DNA of 63,639 bases, counting the filler, from Reclinomonas americana ATCC 50394 (taxonomy: Eukaryota), in the NCBI GenBank assembly GCA_048213135.1. It is 14 parts of 14 records of this genome, joined end to end, with 100 filler letters (N's around TTAATTAATTAA, not from the genome) between each part and the next. Parts side by side here need not be neighbours in the genome. Positions count along the whole stretch, not along the records: positions 25,584 to 44,475 come from AFZH01022969.1; positions 44,576 to 47,632 come from AFZH01022970.1; positions 47,733 to 50,018 come from AFZH01022971.1; positions 50,119 to 52,049 come from AFZH01022972.1; 10 more parts are not named here. One strand, written 5' to 3'. Shown here piece after piece: positions 37,766 through 50,500 of the stretch. How positions within the stretch are numbered: position 1 is the first letter of the stretch; each line of letters starts with the position of its first letter. The notes under the pieces are model-generated. The model made no database searches and was not told the DNA's origin. It saw only the letters and a list, made by a program, of their open reading frames with translations. The position numbers were made by a program, and so were the translations under genes.

Positions 37766-39928
37766 TGGAAAGATACAGGACAAGAAGGCCCAAGTGTCCT
37801 CTCTATACTGTAGGTTCCCTGTTGTTGACTACCTCTCTTCGGAGAGCAACAACCTGGTCGCAGCGGTACTCGCTCACGAAGAGTCTGTTCTCGTGTGCAC
37901 GTAACGCGTGATTTGCTCGCTCGGGATTGTCACTGTTTCCCGCCTTTCTTCTCCCGCCTTGCTCTGAGACGTCGTCCATCCCTCGCCAGACTGCAACCAG
38001 CACCCCGCACAGCATACAGCAGTATGAGAGCAATGTGGCTTTGTTGATGCTTGTGAGCTTTCGAAGACTGACATGGCACTCGTCGATGAGAAATCGGCAG
38101 AATGGACATGCAAGGTGGTGGTGACACAAGGTGGTGCTCCGTTGCACCGTGCTGCTGTCCAGCAACACTCCCTTTCGACTGACCAGCACTCTCTCTCAAT
38201 GAGGACTGGAGCGCTGGGCTGCTTGGATACGCAGCTGTGGTCCTGTCGTGCTGACGCCACAGGCATAGCACACCCGAGAATTCATTGAGCACCGAGTCAT
38301 CGAAATCTCACACCTCCTTGGATCGGCCCACAGCGAGGTTGACGAGGTGCACACGATGATGTCACCATGAAGAATGAGAGTCACAAGGAACAGGAGAGGA
38401 GCGACCACCACAGCAGCACAGCGATGGACGAGGCAGCTGTGTCGTGTGACTCGCCTCCCCTCACCCAAATCACAATCAATGCCTCGTGCCTTCAATCACA
38501 CACACAGTTGGTCGGTGAATCGTCTCGCGCATGCACTGTGAAGCACGGAACCACGTGTTGCCCAGTGGCCAATCACTTGCCAGCACGCCTGTGTTCATAT
38601 CACACGCAGAATTGAGTCAGTAAATCCCAAGACTCGCCAACTTGTTCCTCAACGCAGAAGCAGAACACGCACGCACCAGGCCACGCACACGTCTTCAATC
38701 TCCTATGACCACCACCATCGTCACTCGGCAGTGCCAGCAGCAACCAAGGTGCGCGCACGTCATCGATCTGCTTTGACTCGCCAGCCGGGACTGAAAACGA
38801 TCCACCGACAAGGCCATCATCTCACATCACGGCACGCATGTGTACATTCTCCTCTCCATGACATACATGGCCTGTACGAATGGGGTGAGTGGGAGGGAAG
38901 GAGGAAAGTGAGATCAAGACGAACAAGGCCACGCACCTGCTACGTGCATGCATGGTGGGATTCGACTGAGTGACGCAACAGCCGGCAACGGGCGATGCAC
39001 AGCACGTCTGTCATCGTCACGGCCAATGACGAGCACGTGCTTCCAAGGTGTCTGCATGCCGGTGCACCGTGAGCCAAAGGAATGGAGGAAGGAGAGAGAA
39101 ATCTGCTCTGTCTCACCTGACAAACACACCGATCAGCATCTGATACCAACACGCGGTTGGTCAAGAGGCAAGGCGAGGGATGCTTCTGTACACACAACCA
39201 TCCTACAAGGGAGAGAGAGAGAGAGAGCAGAGTCAGCATGCAGTGAGGCCATCTCACACACTTCACTATCGGGATGCTCACCATGCTGGACTGCTCAACG
39301 CGATGGCAGTATGGCAGCCGGTGCATCTCGAGCAGACCAGCATGCTCGGCCTCAAACGTGCGTGTGGAAGGAAGGGTGGACGACTGAGGAAGAAAATGAG
39401 TGTACAAAGGAGGGAGACGATGGAGAGAGACAGAGACTCCGCAAGGGACATGAAAGAGGGAGAGCGGGATGGCATGCATTCTTCAGAGCAGAAAGGAGAA
39501 TGTCCACGGCGCACATGCACGATCGGACACAAGTAGTGGAGCGAAGAAAGTGCACAGAACAAGACGCGGCGAAACAAACATCGGCGACTTGCTCTCCTGA
39601 GGCACGTACATGTGCGACGAAAGATGCACGCACAACAGACATCACAACGAGACAAAAAAGACACAACAGCCTCCCAAGTGATTCATCTCGCTCGCACACA
39701 CAAATGGAGGTGAGAAAGAGACACGCCTACAGAAAGAGACATGCTTCACACCCGCACACTCCCATTCACATGAAAGGGCAACAAACACAGAGAAGAATTC
39801 ACCACCATCATCAACGACCTCTCTCTCCTCCTCTGTCATCCTCTTCCCCCACCCACTCTCCCTCACAAGACACGAAAAAACAACTCACAATCACCAGCAG
39901 CCACCTTCCCTTCCTCCGACTCACCAAC

Positions 39929-41110
39929 TCAGCACCAGAAAAGGACGACCTCGGCATCCTCGACAATGAAGCAGCGCAGAACCAGCTCGGGAAGGCATCG
40001 TGAATTTCCCTTCTCCTCTTGCATCTCCTGCACGGCATGCATGGCCGAGCGCGCAGCGTCGAGTTCGAAGCGAGCAAGGCCACGCGGCGTGGACCACACT
40101 CGCACGGTCTCGTCGTAGCCACCCGCACTCACAATGTGCTGACCATCGGGAGAGACGGCCACAGACGATGCCCATGAAGTGTGTCCCTCCAACCGTCGCA
40201 CTTCCTCGCCACTCGCCAGAGACCACATCCGCACTGTGCTGTCCTCGCTCCCGCTAACAATGTGCTGACCATCGGGAGTGACAGCGACACAATACACCCA
40301 TCCAGTGTGTCCCTCCAACCGGCGTACTTTCTTCCCACTTACCAGTGACAATATTCGCACTGTCTCGTCCCCACCGCCACTCACAATTTGCAGTCCATCC
40401 AGGGTGACAGCGACAGAGAGCACCAAGCCAGCGTGTCCTTCCAACCGTCGCACCTCTTCACCGCTCGCCAGCAACCACACTCGAACTGTGTTGTCTTCAC
40501 CGCCACTCACAACGTACTTACCATCGGGGGTGACTGCCACAGACATCACCCTTGCAGTGTGTCCCTGCAGCCGTCGCACCTCCTTGCCACTCGCCAGCGA
40601 CCACAGCCATATTGTCCTGTCGCAGCTGCCGCTCACGATGTGATGACCATCAGGAGTGACTGCGACAGACATCACCATGTCGGTGTGGCCCTCCAGCTGT
40701 CGCACCTCTTCTCCACTCGCCAGTGACCACATTCGTACTGAATTGTCGAAGCTGCCGCTCACGATGTGCTGATTATCAGGGGTGACAGCGACAGACGTTA
40801 CCGTGTCGGTGTGTCCATCCAGCCGTCGAACCTCTTCTCCACTTGCCAGAGACCACACTCGAATCGTCTTGTTCACACATCCACCGACAATGTGCTTGCC
40901 ATCGGGAGTGATGGTGACGGACCGCACTGCAGCGAGACTACGAATGACCTGTGCACGTGTTGATCACCCGCGGGTGAGACGCACGCAGCAGCAATCAAAG
41001 ACAAGCATAACAACACAAAGAACAACAACTGCACACATGCACAAGCACACCAATGAACGCACAGACATCAACCACGCAAAGTGCGCACGAATTCACACCT
41101 TTGTTGTCAT
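39929..41110 (-). CDS. WD40-only protein copy 7 (7 repeats, type-B tail)
   Basis: Exon 1 is 41099-41110 (MTTK), intron 40949-41098, exon 2 is 39929-40948. Confidence 0.9.
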
Positions 41111-41753
41111 TCTCCGTGTGCGTGTGTGTGTGTGAGTGTGTGTGTGTGTGTTCGTGCGCGTGTGCGTGTGTGTGTAGTGAACGACAAGCAGTCTGATTCA
41201 TCCGACAGAACATCAACTTCCTCTTTACTTTCTCTCTCGCGCGTGTGTGCATGCCTCGCGATGCTGTCTCTGTGTCTCAGTGCCCCTGTCTCCCCGCAGC
41301 CTCGTCGCGGTGCTCCATTCTCAACCAGCGATGTGAGTGAGATGTTGTGGCATTGAATGTGCATGCATGCATGCCGAGCCTGTTGAACTCGACTCGCTAT
41401 GAGCAGCAACTCCCTCCGATCCACGCATGTGAGTCGGGTGGAGAGGCAGGAACACACGATTCACAAAGAGAGCAATGAGGCAGCGCAGATCGTGAGTGGG
41501 TGCGTCACACCAGGGGCACACACGCACGCGCGGAAAACGAGTGCGCAGGGCAAGTGCGCTCCCTCTCCCCGTGGCGTGTGTGGCGAGAATGGTGGCCATC
41601 TGAATCGATGCTTGATGCACTCTCCATGTTCGTGCGGTGCCAGTGTGAGAAGGGGAGGCGGAAATGACGCCACTGGCCGCTGCTTCAAAAACAACAGGCT
41701 GGCATTCGAATGACAAAGCGACATGGGGGCACAAGCACAAGGCGCGCGCGCGC

Positions 41754-41790
<37 letters not shown>

Positions 41791-42013
41791 TGAGTGGCTG
41801 AGCGAGGACTCGCTCAATGCCGAGCAGCACGTGTCTGTTCTTCCTTGGTCTCATCAACCTCCCACACACACTCTTGTTGCAATCCCACTGCACTGTGCTG
41901 TGTCTGCTTTCCGGCTGCCTCCACTTGGCAAGTGCGCGTGTAAAGCGGTGTGGCGGTCAACAAGACAGAGTTGCACACAGTGACAGCAATCGGTCTTCGT
42001 ATATTCATTGAGC

Positions 42014-43172
42014 TCACTCCGTCCAACACCATCCAGGCGCACGGTATGCAATCACCTCTGCGTCCTCCCGCACAAAACACCGCAGCACGACGTCGACCAG
42101 GATCCAGTCACAGTCATCTTCTTCGGCAAGCAGCTCGTTGATGGCCAGCACAGCTGATCGTGCGGCCGCAACCTCTTGCCGCGCCAGCCCACGCGGCGTG
42201 GACCACACACGGATCGTCTTGTCATTACTCGCACTCACGATGTGCTGACTGTCGGGAGTGACGGCGACGGAGACCACCAAGCTAGTGTGCCCATCAAACC
42301 GTCGCAATTGTTCCCCACTCGCCAGCGACCACACCCGCACCGTGTTGTCCCGACTGCCACTGACAATGTATTGGCTGTCGGGAGTGACAGCGACAGACCG
42401 CACTGCATCGGTGTGGCCGTTCAGCTGTCGCACTTCCTGGCCACTCGCCAGCGACCACAATCGTATTGTCTTGTCAGAACCTCCGCTCACAACATGCTGA
42501 CCGTCGGGAGAGATGGCGACAGACCACACTCTCTCAGTGTGCCCTTCCAGCAGCCATACTTCCTCCCCACTCGCAACAGACCACACTCGAATTGTGTCGT
42601 CCCAGCTGCCACTGACAATGTACTGGCCATTCGGCGTGAAAGCGACAGAGAACGTTAACACCACGCTAGTGTGGCCCTCCAACGGTCGCCCTTGTTCCCC
42701 ACTTGCCAAAGACCACACGCGAATGGTCTTGTGCAAGTCGCCACTCACAACGTGCAGGCCATCGGGAGAGATGGCCACACACCACACGTATGAAGTGTGT
42801 CCCTCGAGTCGTCGCACCTCCTTGCCACTCGCCAGAGACCACACTCGAACTGTCTTATCCATGCCACCGCTCACAATGTGCTGGCCATCGGGAGTGACAG
42901 CGACGGAGGTCACCCATCCAGCGTGTCTCTCCAACCGTCGCACTTGTTCTCCACTCACGAGTGACCACATTATGACCGATCCGTCAGAGCCGCCGCTCAC
43001 GATGTGCTGGCCATCGGGAGTGATGGTGACACACTTCACAGCGTCTGTGTGACTCCGCAAGACCTGTGTCACATAATGAGACGCGAAGATAGAGAGAGAG
43101 AGAGAGAGCAACAGCCACAACCACGAAATCCCTCACACACACACGCGCGTGTGAGCGCACCTTGGTTGCCAT
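42014..43172 (-). CDS. WD40-only protein copy 8 (7 repeats, type-A tail)
   Basis: Exon 1 is 43161-43172 (MATK), intron 43064-43160, exon 2 is 42014-43063. Confidence 0.9.
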
Positions 43173-44575
43173 TGGGAAAGAGGAAGGATAAATGACTCTT
43201 GTGTCCTCTCTTTACAGGTTCGCTTCTGTTGACTTTCTCTCTTCGGAGAGCAAGCCACCTGCGGTACTCTACTGCGGTGGTGGTCACCAAGAGTCTGTTC
43301 TTGTGCGCGTGTGTGTGTGCGTGATTGCTCGCTCGGGATTGTCATTGTTTCCCGCCATTCTTCTCCCGCCTTGCTCCGAGACATCGTTCATCCCTCGCCA
43401 GGCTGCAACCAGCACCCTACGCATCATGCGGTAGTGTGAGTGATGCGGTTCCGATGATGCATGTGGGCTTTTGAAGACCGTGGGACTCGTCGATGCGTAA
43501 TCGGCATGGACATGCAAGGTGGTGGTGGTGGTGGTGACACGAGGTTGGCGCTCCATTGCATCGAGACCGGCCTGCATTATCTCTCAACGAGGACTGGATT
43601 GTCGAGCTGCTTGGATACACAACTCTGGCCCTGTGCTGATGGCACAGCACAGCCGAGAATCCATTGAGCACTGAGACATCGAATCCTCACGCCTCCTTGG
43701 ATCGGACCACAGCGAGGCTGATGAAGGCACAACGAGGAAAGAGACTCAAGGGATATGAGAGGAGCGACCAGCACAGCCCATCAGAGGTGAAAGAGGCAGC
43801 TGTGTCATGAGACTCGCCTGCTCTCACCCAGATCACAGGCAATGCCTCGTGCCTTCAATCACACTCACAGTCTGTCGGTGAATCGTCTCATGCGTGTACT
43901 GCGAAGCACGGAACCACGTGTCTTCGCATGCCAGTGACGAGTCACTTGCCAGCCCGCCTGCCGCACAGAATTGAGTCAGTCAATCTTCAAGTCCCGCAAA
44001 CTTGTTCCTTAATGGAGATGCAGAACACGTACGCACCAGGCCACGCGCGCGTCTGCAGTCTCCCATGGCCATCACCATCATTACTTGGCGGCGACAGCAG
44101 CAACCAAGAAGCGCACATCATCGATCCGCTCTGACTTGCCAACCGGGATCGAGAACGATCCACCGACCAGGCCACCCATCGGGAAACACGACACGCATGT
44201 GTCCACCCATGAATAGATTGCCGAGCACGTGTCTGCAGTCTTCCATGACCACCAGCATCATCACTCGACAGAGACGGCGGCAGCCAAGGTGCGCACATCA
44301 TCAATCCGCTCCGACTCGCCAGCCGGGATTGAAAACTATCCACCGACCAGGCCATCCATCGCACATCACTGAACGAATGTGTACACCCATCCAGTCACGC
44401 ACTCCATGGCCTGCACGACCTGCATAATTGAGGTGAGTGGGAGGGAAGGAGGAGAGAGAGATCACGAAGAACAGGNNNNNNNNNNNNNNNNNNNNNNNNN
44501 NNNNNNNNNNNNNNNNNNNTTAATTAATTAANNNNNNNNNNNNNNNNNNNNNNNNNNNNNNNNNNNNNNNNNNNN

Positions 44576-45577
44576 ATCTTGACCACCCGCACTCACAATA
44601 TTAATGTGCTGACCATTGGGAGAGACGGCCACAGACGACACCCATCCAGTGTCCCTCCAACCGTCGCACCTCCTCTCCACTCGCCAGAGACCATACCCGA
44701 ACGGTGCTGTCTCCGCACCCGCTAACAATGTGCTCACTATCAGGGGTGACAGCGACTGACCACACCTTTTCGATGAGTCCGTCCAGCCGTCGCACCTCCT
44801 CCCCACTTGCCAGCGACCACACTCGCACTGTGCAGTCCCAGCTCCCACTGATAATGTGCTGACCATCGTAAGTGACGGCAACAGAGTACACCCATTCAGT
44901 GTGTCCATCCAGCCGTCGCACTTCTTCCCCGCTCGCCAGCAACCACACCCGCACGGTGTTGTCGAAACCGCCGCTCACAACGTGCTTACCATCAGGAGTG
45001 ACGACGACAGACAACACCCTAGTGTGCCCCTCCAGCCGTCGTACCTCCTCCCCGCTCGCCAGCGACCACACCCGCAATGTCTGATCGTAGCCACCGCTGA
45101 CAACGTGCTGACAATCAGGCGTGACGGCAACAGATGTCACAGTGTCGGCGTGTCCAACCAGCCGTCGTACCTCCTCCCCACTCACCAGCGACCACACTCG
45201 AACTGTGTTGTCATAGCTGCCACTGACAATGTACTGACCATCGGGGGTCACGATGACACAATACACCCATCCAGTGTGTCCCACCAGCCGTCGCACCTCT
45301 TCTCCACTTGCCAGAGACCACACTCGAATCGACTTATCCACACATCCACCAACAATGTGCTTGCCATCGGGAGTGACGGCGACCGACTGCACCACAGCGA
45401 GACTCTGAATGATCTGTGTCGATCACTCGCGGGTGAGACACACGCACACAGCATCAACTTTCGAAGACATGCACAACAACACAAAGAACAACAACTGCAC
45501 ACGATGCACAAGCACACGAATGCACGCACAGACACCAACCACGCAAAGTGCGCATGCACTCACACCTTTGTTGTCAT
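44576..45577 (-). pseudogene. WD40-only copy 9 (type B); 2-bp deletion before repeat 7, 3' end in gap
   Basis: Exon 1 is 45566-45577 (MTTK) and exon 2 starts at 45413. ccagtgtccc here versus consensus ccagtgtgtccc at ~44650 shifts the frame. Confidence 0.7.
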
Positions 45578-47205
45578 TCTCCGTGTGTGCGATTTGCTCG
45601 CTCGGGATTGTCACCGTTTCCCGCCTTTCTTCTCCCGCCTTGCTCTGAGACGTCGTTCATTCCTCGCCAGGCTACAGCCAGTACGCCACACAACATGCGG
45701 TAGTGTGTGAACGATGTGGCTTCTTTGATGCGTGTGGGCTTTTGAAGACCGACATGGGACTTGTCGATGGGAAATCGGCAGAATGGACAAGCAGGGTGGT
45801 GGCTCGAGGTGGCGCTCCACTGCATCGCGCTGCTGTCCAGCGACACACTCTTTCGACTGGCCTGCATTCTCCGCCAACGAGGACTCGCATGTCGGTCTGC
45901 TTGGATACGCAGTTGTGGCCCTGGTGTGCTGATGCCACGGCACACAAGAGAATCAATTGAGCAGCGAGTCAGCGACACCTCTCACCTCCTTGGATCGGCC
46001 CACAGCGAAGCTGACGAGGTGCACGTCATGATGGTACGACGAAAAAGGAGAGTCACAGGGAACAGGAGAGGAGCGACCAGCACAGCAGCACAGCGATGGA
46101 AGAGGCAGCTGCGTCGTGAGACTCGCCTCCGGATCCTCTCACCCAACTCACAATCAATGACTCCAATCACACTCACAGTCGGTCGGTGCATTGTCTCATG
46201 CATGCACTGTGTGGCACGGAACCACGTGTCTTCGCATGCCATGGCCAGTGACGAGTCACTGGCCATGGCGAGCCGAGTGAGTGAGGTGACGGTCGACAAC
46301 GGGCAATGCACAGCACGCCTGTCATTACCACGACATGCTTTCCATGGTCTCTGCATGCCGGTGTGCTGTGAGCAAAGAATGGAGGAATGAGAGAGAAATC
46401 TGCTCTGTCTCACTGACAAACACACCGATCAGCACCTGATACCAACACGCGTTTGGGCAAGAGGCAAGGCGAGGGATGCTCACACAACCATCCTGCAAGG
46501 GAGAGAAGGAGCAGAGTCAGCAGGCAGTCAGGCCGTCTCACACACTTCGGCATCGGGAAGCTCACCATGATGGGCTGGCAGGATGGCAGTCGACGTCGGT
46601 GCATCATGAGTAGGGAAGCATGCTCGGCCTTGAGCGAGTGCGGAAAAGAGGGGCGGATTACTGGGGAATCAGATGAGTGTACAAAGGCAGGGAGATGGCG
46701 GAGAAAGAGATAAACTCTGCAGGAGGCAGGAAAAAAGAGAGCTGAAAGACAGGCATTCTTCAGGGCGGAAGAAGAATGTCCGCAGCGCACGTGCACAATG
46801 GGAAGCAGAGTATAGCGGTGCCAAGGAGGTGCGAAAAACAAGACGCGAGGAAACAGACAACGGTGACTCGCTCTCCTGAGGCACGTATATCAGCGACGAA
46901 AGATGCACGCACAACAGACATCACAACGAGGGGAAATGAAATCACAGACTCCGCATACACAAATGGAGGTGAGAAAGAGACACGCACACAGAGGGAGACA
47001 TGCTTCACGCCCGCACAATCACATTCACATGAAAGGGCAACAAACACAGAGAACAATTCTGCATCATCCACGTCGACTTCTCTCCTCCTCTGTCGTCCTC
47101 TCTTCCCCCACCCACGCCCACATGATCACCCGCACCCCCGCGCAAGCCACGAAAAAACAACTCACGATCACCAGCAGCCACCTTCCCTCCCTTCGACTCA
47201 CCGAC

Positions 47206-48083
47206 TCAGCACCGGAAGAGGACGACCTCGGCATCCTCGACGATGAAACAGCGCAGAATCAGCTCGGGAAGGCATCGTGAATCTACTTCCTCGACGGCCC
47301 TTTCTCCTTGCATCTCCTGCACAGCCCGCATGGCCGAGCGCGCAGCGTCGAGTTCGAGACGAGCAAGGCCACGCGGCGTGGGCCACACTCTCACGGTCTT
47401 ATCTTGGCCACCCGCACTCACAATGTGCTGACCATCGGGAGAGACGGCCACAGATGACACCCATCCAGTGTGACCATCCAACCGCCGCACTTCCTCGCCA
47501 CTTGCCAGAGACCATACCCGCACGGTGCTGTCCTCGCTCCCACTCACGACATGCTGACCATCAGGGGTGACAGCGACAGACGTCACCCAGTCAGTGTGTC
47601 CCTCCAACTGTCGCACTAGGTCTCCACTCATCNNNNNNNNNNNNNNNNNNNNNNNNNNNNNNNNNNNNNNNNNNNNTTAATTAATTAANNNNNNNNNNNN
47701 NNNNNNNNNNNNNNNNNNNNNNNNNNNNNNNNACGCACGGTACAGTCTCCACCGCCACTGACAATAAGCTGACCATCAGGAGTGACGGCGACAGAGAACA
47801 CCCCGCCAGCGTGTCCCTCCAGCCGTCGCACCTCCTTGCCACTCGCCAGAGACCACACTCGAATCGTCTTGTCCATGCATCCACCAACAATGTGCTGGCA
47901 ATCGGGAGTGACGGCGACGGATCTCACCACAGAAGTGAGACTCTGAATGATCTGTATCAATCACTCGTGGTGAGACGCACATGCACAAACACACAAACGA
48001 CAACCACACATGCACAAGCACACGAATGCACGCACAGACACCAACCACGCAAAGTGCGCACAAATTCACACCTTTGTTGCCAT
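47206..48083 (-). CDS. WD40-only protein copy 10 (type B), middle in gap
   Basis: 5' part: exon 1 at 48072-48083 (MATK), exon 2 from 47951. 3' part: 47206-47632 with a type-B tail. The halves are separated by a spacer and could belong to two copies. Confidence 0.75.
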
Positions 48084-48976
48084 TCTCCGTGAGAGAGAGA
48101 GAGAGTGCGTGAGAGTGTGTGTGTGTGTGTCGTGCGCGTGTGCGTGTGTGAAGTGAACGACAAGCAGTCTGATTCATCCGACGGGACATCAACTCTTTCT
48201 CTCTCGCGTTTGTGTGCGCCTCGCGGTGCTGTCTGTGTCTCAGTGCCCCCTGTCTCTCCACGTCCCCGTCGTGGTGCTACATTCTCCAACTGCGATGTGA
48301 GCGAGATGTTGTGGCATTGAATGTGCACGCATGCATGCCGAGCCAGTTCCAACTCGACATTCCACGAGCATCAACCCCTCCGAGTCACGCATGTGAGTCG
48401 GGTGGAGAGGCAACACCACACGATTCAGAAAGAGATCAATGAGGCATCGCAATTCGTGAGTGGGCGTCACACCAGTTATCAGGGCACACACGCACGCGTG
48501 GGAAACGAGTGTGCTGCATGGCAAGTGCACTCCCTCCCCGTGGCGTGTGTAACGAGAAGAGTGGCCATCTGAATCGATGCCTGACGCGCTTTTCATGTTC
48601 ACGCGGTGCCAGTGTGAGAGGCCTAGGGGGAGGCGGAAATGATACCACTGGCCACTGCTTCAAAAAGCGACAGGCTGGCATCCCCGCCGCGTTCGAATGA
48701 CGAAGCGACATGAGGGGTGGGTGTGTGTATGAGCGAGGGCTCGCTCAACGCCGAGCAGAACGCGTGTCTTTTCATCCATGGTCTCATCTCAACCACCCAC
48801 ACACACACCTCGCACTCGGCATGCTCTTCTTGCACTCCCACTGCACTGTGCTGTGTCTGCTTTCCGGCTGCCTGCACTTGGCAAGGCAGTGGAGAAGCAC
48901 GTGTGAGGCGGTGTGGCGGTCAACAAAACAGAGTTACGCGCAGTGACAGCCATCGGTCTTCGTACATTCATCGAGC

Positions 48977-49256
48977 TCACTCCGTCCAGCACCATCCAGG
49001 CGCACGGCGTTCAATCACCTCTGCATCCTCCAGCACAAAACACCGCAGCACGACGTCGACGAGGATCCAGTCACAGTCATCTTCGGCAAGCAGCTCGTTG
49101 ACAGCCAGCACGGCCAGTCGTGCGGCAGCGAGCTCCTGCCGCGCCAGCCCACGCGGCGTGAACCCCACACGGATCGCTTTATCCGCACTCCCACTGGCCA
49201 TCGGGAGTAACGACGACAGAGTATACCCATCCAATGTGTCCCCTCCAACCGTCCAA
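48977..49256 (-). pseudogene. WD40-only copy 11, remnant (last repeat with internal deletion plus type-A tail)
   Basis: ..GWVYSVVVTPDGQ/SGSADKAIRVGFTPRGLARQELAAAR..WCWTE*. The upstream part is replaced by low-complexity DNA. Confidence 0.8.
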
Positions 49257-49689
49257 CACTGTGCGCAAGAGGAACAAAAGGAAAGAAAGAAAACAATCAG
49301 ATGAGAGAGTGGATTGCGAAGCAAGAGGGGACAGACATCGGCGAACGGGATGCAATGAGGGGAATGAGAGAGGAGTAGCGTGCTGCAATTACGTGGGTGC
49401 AAAAAGAAGAAGAGAAAGAGGGTAGGCGCAAATCGGAATGGGGAGGAAGAGGATAGCAAGCGAGGAACGCGGCACAGTGACGGGCAAGCATCCCTCAATC
49501 GACACGAAGCAGAACAATGCGAGACGAGAAGAAAGAGAGAGTGGGCGCACGGAGACATGAACAATGCAAGTGCATGACATGAAGGAAGGAGAAAAAGGGT
49601 GGATCTTGAGAAGCGGACGATGGAGAGGAGGGAGGCATTGAAAGGGAAGAAATTGAAGAGCGCTCAGCTGACACAGACGAGAACGAAAC

Positions 49690-50500
49690 GAGGTGAGGAG
49701 AAGCAGAGTGAGAGGATGCGTGACGGATGCAATTAAATCAAGGAAGGAGAAAGGGACCGAAAAGGGAAGTCCTTGAAGCACAGAGAGGTGAGGAGAGTGA
49801 GAGAGGATGGAGGCGCGAAGGATGCAAGTGAAAAAAGATCAAGGAAAAGCAACAAGAGCGGTTCACAGGAAGTGGCCAATGGAGAGAAGAGAGGCGAAGA
49901 ATGGAAGGCAATGGAAGACACAAGAAAGAGCGAAACGAGACGAGACGAGGTGAGGAAAAGGAGAGTGGGAGGAGGCGTGAAGGATACAAGTGAAAAGAGA
50001 TCAAGGAAAGAGAAAGGGNNNNNNNNNNNNNNNNNNNNNNNNNNNNNNNNNNNNNNNNNNNNTTAATTAATTAANNNNNNNNNNNNNNNNNNNNNNNNNN
50101 NNNNNNNNNNNNNNNNNNGCGTGAAGGATACAAGTGAAAAGAGATCAAGGAAAGAGAAAGGGACCGAAAAGGGAGGCCCTTGAAGCACAGAGAGGTGAGG
50201 AGAGTGAGAGAGGATGGAGGCGCGAAGGATGCAAGTGAAAAAAGATCAAGGAAGGAGAAAGGGACCGAAAAGGGAGGCCCTTGAAGCACAGAGAGGTGAA
50301 GGAGAGTGAGAGAGGATGGAGGCGCGAAGGATGCAAGTGAAAAGAGACCAAGGAAGGAGAGAGGGACCGAAAAGGGAAGGGGACAACGGAGAGAAGAGAG
50401 GCCAAGAAAGGAAGGCAATGGAAGACACAAGAAAGAGCGAAACGAGACGAGACGAGGTGAGGAAAAGGAGAGTGGGAGTAGTCGTGAAGGGTGCAAGTGA
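49690..50500. repeat. Purine-rich tandem repeat (~100 bp unit)
   Basis: Recurrent ggatggaggcgcgaaggatgcaagtgaaaa..gggaccgaaaaggg..ccttgaagcacagagaggtga. Confidence 0.85.

Noticed and set aside
38948..40003. 351-aa plus-strand ORF in spacer Y
   Set aside because: The frame is not preserved in the other Y copies and the translation has no recognisable domain.
10508..47205. Spacers X and Y as transposable elements
   Set aside because: No transposase or RT motifs, terminal inverted repeats or target-site duplications were seen, and they always co-occur with the WD genes as parts of tandem units.
9364..49256. Diversity-generating retroelement or CRISPR-like array behind the WD40 variation
   Set aside because: No reverse transcriptase, cas gene or short repeat-spacer array is visible. 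The 126-bp periodicity is coding WD40 repeats, and no template/variable repeat pair was identified.
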